A stretch of 54,266 bases of DNA, filler included, from Catajapyx aquilonaris (lineage: Eukaryota), in NCBI GenBank assembly GCA_000934665.2. It is 2 parts of 2 records of this genome, joined end to end, with 100 filler letters (N's around TTAATTAATTAA, not from the genome) between each part and the next. Parts side by side here need not be neighbours in the genome. Positions count along the whole stretch, not along the records: positions 27,162 to 54,266 come from KZ539289.1; 1 more part is not named here. One strand, written 5' to 3'. This document shows, in pieces, positions 49,732-54,266 of this stretch (the first letter of the stretch is position 1; every line of letters begins with the position of its first letter). The position numbers and the translations under genes are program-made. The notes under the pieces were generated by a model. It was given only the letters and a program-made list of their open reading frames with translations. It did not search any database and had not been told where the DNA came from.

Positions 49732-50733
49732 CTTGTTGCTCACACTGCACCCGATATATCCTTTTTAAAGTTGCTTATTCTGAAAAGCTGCTCGAGCTGC
49801 TCTGAGCGATGAAAAAAACAACGAAAGGTGTGTGGTCATCTAACGCTCTCATGTAGTCTTAACTTTTATGGAGAGGATAACTTATCATGCAGCACGTGAT
49901 AATTCAGGGTCGCCACTGACGACTTTCATACAATCATTAGTGATTACAAATCTTATATGCAGGCTTGTTGAAAATGGCAGTTTACGTAGAAAAATATTAT
50001 GCAAGCCGCATCAAATAGTAATTGAGTAAAAATTCTTACGCTGGTTTTTTATTTTTACATCAATCGATTAGATCTATTAGATCATTACTTAGAATCTGTT
50101 GCAAAATCAAACTCGCCCACACTACTTGCCGCACTATTACGGAGTAGCCTACCTAGGTACGTGTGCAATATTTATAACGTATTAACGTGCATAATGTGCT
50201 TACATCGTGTGTACTGTCAAACAAATATTCAATTCAAGATTATTCTGTGGTATTATCATTTATTGCACAATAATGTAGATGTCACAAGTGCTTGCAAGAT
50301 CTTGTTCATATGACACTGTAACAAATGCATATCCTTACATCGAAAATGAAAAGTTGTTCATAAACTATTATTATTACCTCAAGGAAAATTTATATTTCAG
50401 AAAATTTTATTATTAATCTCTCTAACTTTACCTAGATTAATATTGTTGGGATCATGATGTCATAGGCTTACCCTTTTGTCAGAGAATGTAGATAAATGAA
50501 CATCACTCTAATAAACATGTAACATCATTCTACCAGTACGGTATAGTAGAGTCAACTATTTCTGGTCGGGTATCCTTAATAATTTTGAATTCGTCACACA
50601 CATACCAGTTAATGAATCATTATAGCCGAATTGAATTTTTTATAATTACGCCACTCTGCATATTTTTATATCAACAAAGTGCAGTAAACTGTACCCAAAC
50701 TTGCTGTCAACTAGCATTATTGGTTATAATTTA

Positions 50734-52654
50734 TTAAACACTCGTCATTTTCGTAGTGGATTTTTCCGAGCTGTCAGCAATGTATCTTCCGAGCTTTATA
50801 TCGGAGATCGTCTTCTTCTGACCGAACACTGACACAACCACTGTGGCAGTGAGAATTCCCTCTGAATTGTTGTCAATATATATTTCAAATTCAGGTTCAC
50901 CCGGTGGTGGATCATGTTCACTTGATCGTAAATCCACGATGACTTTGTCATCAGATCCCTGCAAAAATAAACCAAGATGTAAACGTGAAGTATAAAACGG
51001 CAAATATTATGATATTATGCATGAAGTTTTTAACACAATTGCGGTGTAGCCACGTTTCTGCTTACCTGTTTGGGGCACAGTTCTGTGGGAAACGGAATAT
51101 TCGAATCTCTGTTCAGCTCAATGACGATGTTGCCTTCCGTGATCTCGACACGCAGCGTCATCGGCACTATGTCCTCGACCATCAGGCCATTGATCCGGGA
51201 ATGATTTTCTCCGTTGATGACAGCAGCTTGCAAAGCAGCACCACACACTGCTGCTTCCTCTGGATGGACGCTTCTGCATATCCTTTGCCCAAATCCTCGC
51301 ACAGCGTGACGAATTTTTGGAATGTAGGTTGACCCACCCACCATTAGCACATCATCAATTCCGTCTTTGTCAAGCTCGGCCTTTCCTAGGGCATCCTCAA
51401 CTTTATTCGTGGTCATTCGAACGAATTCATCACAAATGTCCTCAAACTGAGCCAGTGTTACCTTAAATGAATTATTGTCGATTTAAAAATAATCTCCAAG
51501 CCAGTTGTCAACAGTATACTTTGTAACGAATATACTTTGAGCAGTATTTTATAGAAAGCTTTACCTTCTCAGTGAAATCGTTTCCATTCAAGATTCCGTC
51601 CACTTCCACCTGAGCCTCTTTAATCAAGGACAGAGTCTTTTTGGCCTTCTCGCAGGCGTTTCGAAACCTCATGAATGACTTGGTGTCATTTATCTCCAAC
51701 CTATTGGCATTCAATATGTGGTCGACCAAAAGAACATCCAGGTCCATCCCTCCCTTGCAAGGGTCTCCGGCTGTAGACAACACCTGGAGGTTCAATCCCA
51801 CTATTTTGACCACCGACACATCAAGTGATCCTCCTCCGAGGCTGTACACCAGGATGTTGCTCTTCTTCTGAGGTCTGTTTTCCACTGCGTAGGCAATGGC
51901 GGCTGCAGTTGGCTCGTTTATGAGGCGGATAGTTGTAAATCCGGCGACATCTGCTGCGTCTATTGTCGACTGTCGCTGGGCGTCGTTGAAAGAGGCAGGC
52001 ACCGTCACCACTGCACCAGTCACGTGTTCGTCAAGAAACTGCTCAGCAGTTTCCTTCATCTTCTCCAAGATCATGGCAGTGATTGCTATTGTGTGAAACT
52101 CCTTCACTTGTTGGTCGTAATTTACTCTGACACCTGTGTTATTGTCCCGCTTTTCAGCCAACTGGAATGGCCAGAATCGCAGGAATTTGTTGTTGTCCTC
52201 GTCCTCGACATACTGTAATTTCTGTCCGATCAGCCGTTTGAAATCGAACACGGTGTTCTTCGGGTTCAGAAATTCCTGCAAATTAATTGCGCAATGCATA
52301 ATATGTTAAATGTACGAGTCCTGCACAAAATGCGTCGTGATTTAAAGCCGAGAATGCACATTTCCCTCATTATACTGATTACAATGCAGTGTGAATGGCT
52401 CACATGTTTGCATCACTGTGCTTGACATCAACAAGGAGTCCAACGACATTCGTATATAAACCAATATTTCTCACCTGCTGTTTGGCAGAGTCTCCGAGGA
52501 GTCTCTCGGTGTCTGTGAATGCGGCATAATTCGGGGTGGCCTTGTTTCCGTGGTCATTTGCAAGAATCTTGACCTGACCCTCGTGCCAGACTGCCACTCG
52601 AGAGTAGGTGGTGCCCAGGTCGATTCCAATCGTCTTTCCGGCCATCTCTGACAT
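50734..52654 (-). CDS. HSP70-like gene H (about 503 aa): NBD + degenerate SBD-beta, no helical lid
   Basis: Exons 52654-52475, 52275-51565, 51461-51066, 50958-50734. [37 protein letters not shown], but [10 protein letters not shown] and VGGSTYIP; last exon only 74 aa ([24 protein letters not shown]). Confidence 0.85.
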
Positions 52655-53765
52655 TATTCTGCAAAAAGCATGATGCACATAAGTGGTGCAAAGTCATACA
52701 CTGCAGAATCTGTGTGCAGGCCAAGATTTTGTCGATCATTGCTTATCCCACCAAAACCAGTAGCTACCCAGAGAAGGAAATGGTAGATTTATGTACCCCA
52801 TGCTTGAAAGAGATATTGTACAGTTATTGTAATTCGATGTGGCATATTACTATCAATATTGTAGGCCTCAGAAAGTAATGTATAGCCATTTTTGTATGAG
52901 CTCATAACTTGGCTTGATACTCACTGGGGAAGCGGAGTCCAACTAATCTCTATCTTTATCTAACGGCAATCATCCTTCCTAGCCTTGTCGCATGGTGTCG
53001 CCATCAACTACGCCACATGTCATAAATTAATCCTTATTATTAATATTAATGGTTTTCAGCCACCAGGCACACTTTTGGCGACGTAGTAATTCGTAAAACA
53101 CCTCTTGGAGGAAAATCATTTAACGCTGCACTTACATAACGCGTGACATAACATTTCTTAATTAGCGTACTTTAGTCTTGAAAAATCGCAATGCACCTTA
53201 CGTCCGAGAGGAATAAGTAAGAACTTTTTCACCACTATAGTATTTTAGTGACATATTTATACAGCGGCATTAATAATATTCTGCAAAATAAATATTTCTG
53301 GAAAAAAGTAGCCAAATTCTACATTATATTTATAGAACAGTTGCATAAAATCATTTGGCAATGATGATTATTATCAGTAGCCTGTTATCATAATGGTTGA
53401 AACGGTGGAACATTTAGTTTCTACCTTACCTTGGCCTCCGTTGCAAAAAAAAGCTGATTAGTTATCATCCCTATACGTACCTTTACTTAGCAGTGTAGGC
53501 TGGTGTGCCAGGAGAGCCAGGTGAGATGGTATAGAGCCACCAACTGGTTTGTTTTGGCATGTAATAACTCGTATGCAATTTATTAATCTGTGTTAAACCT
53601 TTTTGAAAGACACTACCCTACAAAGCAGGTCACTATGCTTTATAGGTTGTCCCCAGACGGGAATGGAATGCTATCAGTTATTAGTCTCCTACCAATTCTG
53701 AGGATTATTGCAAAATGTAGGTCGAAAGCCGTTGGTATAAAGTATAGTACGTACTCTACTGTGTA

Positions 53766-54115
53766 AGGGAGGCGGAGTGGCGCTGCGGTAACGTAAGCAC
53801 CTACGGATGTTAAGGTCCCGGGTTCGATCCCAGCCCGGGGACATCCCATTCATCTCGTGCAGAGTTAGGTCGTCTCTGGCTTCGTCTCGGGTGGAATCTC
53901 CAATAGACATATTATCCACCCGGGGGAGTTCACAAAATGTACCCATATCAGACAGCACACTGCACATTGCACATCCCCTCCTGTCATCCTGCCCGTGGGC
54001 CCGGGCGCTTCAATGAATATATGAACCAACAACTGTACCAATATCAAAATAAAGGTTCGTGTGATATGCCCCCATTTGGGGGTGAAAGCACTACCCCAGG
54101 GTTATTATATTATAT
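53766..54115 (+). mobile_element. tRNA-derived SINE, family 2
   Basis: A box tggcgctgcgg, B box ggttcgatccc, (tatat)n-like tail, 14-bp TSD tactctactg(t/c)gta at 53752-53765 and 54116-54129; body differs from family 1. Confidence 0.85.
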
Positions 54116-54266
54116 TACTCTACTGCGTACAATGTACATACTACTTGTAATAATTCTCCCGACTACGCTGCAATAATATTGAAGCCTCGTAATGAAGGAT
54201 TCAAAATCAGGATGCAATGTATTGAAAATTATACGTATTTTAACTACTATAAACTACATACTGTAT

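Noticed and set aside
1..54266. Prokaryotic systems (CRISPR arrays, operons, dnaK, defence islands) or viral HSP70h
   Set aside because: All genes have spliceosomal introns and eukaryotic cytosolic-type HSP70 sequence; no repeat-spacer arrays or viral genes seen.

Overview
Eukaryotic (arthropod, most likely insect) genomic DNA in two halves separated by an artificial 100-nt spacer (44 N + TTAATTAATTAA + 44 N, 27062-27161), so the halves may not be physically adjacent. Left half: four ordinary intron-containing genes (RagC/D GTPase on the minus strand, head-to-head with NKAIN; kidney-type glutaminase with ankyrin tail and up to four candidate first exons; 5' part of Asph, cut off at the spacer), plus several MITEs and two copies of a tRNA-derived SINE. 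Right half: a dense cluster of eight divergent HSP70-family units (3 plus, 5 minus; here labelled A-H). Wherever the corresponding region is present they share the same phase-0 intron positions, and none has a C-terminal EEVD. They include a probable tandem HSP70-HSP70 fusion, a probable ankyrin-repeat/NBD-only fusion with degenerate ATPase motifs, two paralogues with very large insertions at the interdomain linker, a lidless paralogue and a frameshifted copy. This remodelled HSP70 array is the most unusual thing in the window. All exon boundaries were read by eye from GT/GC-AG signals and reading-frame continuity and need transcript confirmation.
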